Assembly: GCA_964016885.1 (NCBI GenBank)
Contig: OZ024748.1
Span: 11,408,001-11,472,000, forward strand
Source: Eledone cirrhosa
Lineage: Eukaryota
Direction: 5' to 3'
Length of the DNA: 64,000 bases
Numbering within the stretch: position 1 is the stretch's first letter; the number at the start of each line of letters is the position of its first letter. The notes beneath the pieces are model-generated. The model made no database searches and had not been told where the DNA came from. It saw only the letters and a list, made by a program, of their open reading frames with translations. Shown one piece after another: positions 62,165 to 64,000 of the stretch. The position numbers were made by a program, and so were the translations under genes.

Positions 62165-62905
62165 AAGTGATTGTGGTAGTAATTGTGGTAGTGGTATTAG
62201 TTGTGGTTGTGGTTGAGGTTGTGGTTGTAACTGTGGTAGTGGTAGTAGTTGTAGTAGTGGTAGTAGTTGTGGTAGTGGTAGTAGTTGTAGTAGTGGTAGT
62301 AGTTGTGGTAGTGGTAGTGGTAGTAACTGTGGTAGTGGTAGTAACTGTGGTAGTGGTTGTAGTAGTGGTTGTGGTAGTGGTTGTCGTTGTGGTTGTAGTA
62401 GTGGTTGTAGTAGTGGTTGTGGTAGTGGTTGTAGTAGTGGTTGTGGCAGTGGTTGTGGTAGTGGTTGTGGTATTGATTGTGGTTGTGGCTGTGGTAGGGG
62501 TTGTGGCTGTGGTAATGGTTGTAGTTGTGGTTGTGGTAGTGGTAGTGGTTGTGGTTGTAGTAGTGGTTGTGGTAGTGGTTGTGGTAGTGGTTGTGGTTGT
62601 AGTAGTGGTTGTGGCAGTGGTTGTGGTATTGATTGTGGTTGTGGCTGTGGTAGGGGTTGTAGTTGTGGTTGTGGTAGTGTTAGTGGTGGCTTTGGTGGTG
62701 GCGGTGGTTGTGGTAGTGGTAGTTGTTGTTGTAGTGGCTGCGGTAGTGGTTGTGGAACTGGTTGTGGTGGTAGTTGCAGTAGTGGTTGTGGTAGTGTTAG
62801 TGGTGGCTATGGTGGCGGCGGTGTTGTGGTAGTGATAATGGTAGTGGTGCTGGCTGTGGTGGCGGTGGTTGTGGTAGTGGTAGTGGTGGTAATGGTGGCT
62901 GTGGT
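62165..62905. repeat. degenerate (GTG/GTA/GTT)n array
   Basis: Source of the poly-Val ORF. Confidence 0.9.
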
Positions 62906-63360
62906 GGCAAACTTGTATCGGACGATGGTCAGCAGCAATAAATTTAGATTGAAGGGGCCAACTGAAGAAATGGCGGTGTGGAGTTGACCGAATTATTGAT
63001 ATACTAGGGGCAAAGGTGATTATATACGGGGGAGTAAGTCAGGAAGTTGTAACAATGGCAGAGATTCTATGGTAGTGGACGGCGGGGGGAGGGGTGAAGG
63101 AAGGGTGAAGGAAGGGTGAAGGCGGGGAGAAAGTGGGGGAGGGTAACAGGTGGTAAATATTTTGAATTGATAGTGAAGATGGTGATGATGGGGATGATGA
63201 TGATAGTGATGAGGAAGAAGAAGAAGAAGAAGAAGAGGAGGTGAAGGAGGTGAGGAAGATGATGATGATCGTGTTGGGGGGTGGGGGTGGGGTGAGGGGT
63301 AAGGATGAAAATAAGAAGGATGGCAATAGCGTTTTCATTCCTCTCTTCTTTCTCTCTTCT

Positions 63361-63398
<38 letters not shown>

Positions 63399-63442
63399 AC
63401 ACACACACACACACAAACATGTATATATATATATGTTTGTAT

Positions 63443-63526
<84 letters not shown>

Positions 63527-63724
63527 CATACATTATATATATATATATATATAGCTCTCTATATAACTGCTCTGTAAAACAACTGATGTTATTACATTGA
63601 GCTATTTATCTTACTGGTAATAGGATAGTAATTAATGACTATCTTTCACTATTTAGGGTTTGTATATATAATATATTACCATTAAAGGTTTTATTGCATA
63701 CATAACCATAAATAGTACCCTTAA

Positions 63725-63785
<61 letters not shown>

Positions 63786-63858
63786 CATTATATATATATA
63801 TATATATCAATAAAAATAACAGGAGGCTGGACTGGTGTAAATCCTTGAAAGGTTTACT

Positions 63859-63916
63859 ATACTATGATCATTTCAATGACCGGGTTCCATATGAATCCGG
63901 TGATTTCATCAGGTAT
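63859..63916 (-). ncRNA. type I hammerhead ribozyme (family I)
   Basis: Reverse strand atac-CTGATGA-AATcACCGGATTC-atatg-GAACCCGGTcATT-GAAA-TGATCA-TA-gtat. Confidence 0.8.
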
Positions 63917-64000
63917 TCGAAATATAACAAAGGAATATGTAAAAACCATGGGTCCGAAAAATCAGAGACAAAGAGGACGACTGACCAACTAGCTGCCTTC

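Overview
AT-rich, microsatellite-saturated eukaryotic genomic DNA. The SINE and LINE types suggest a coleoid cephalopod, probably Octopus (inference, no search run). One spliced gene can be assembled on the + strand: a secreted S1A (chymotrypsin-fold) serine protease with six coding exons, about 271 aa spread over 54 kb (2561-56653). It has an intact His/Asp/Ser triad, an elastase-like S1 pocket, no Arg/Lys activation site and a rearranged cysteine set. Nearly all ORFs in the supplied track are microsatellite artefacts. The main hidden signal is more than 25 type-I hammerhead ribozyme cores from about ten distinct sequence families. They sit in short elements, mostly embedded in (TA)n tracts and often arranged as asymmetric fold-backs, which resemble Penelope-like retroelement pLTR remnants. 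Also present: tRNA-derived SINEs, RTE, CR1/Jockey-group and R4/Dong-like LINE 3' fragments, a non-autonomous RTE derivative, hAT and Tc1/mariner MITEs, and minisatellites, two of them arrays of octamer or CCAAT motifs. Repeat boundaries were read by eye and are approximate.
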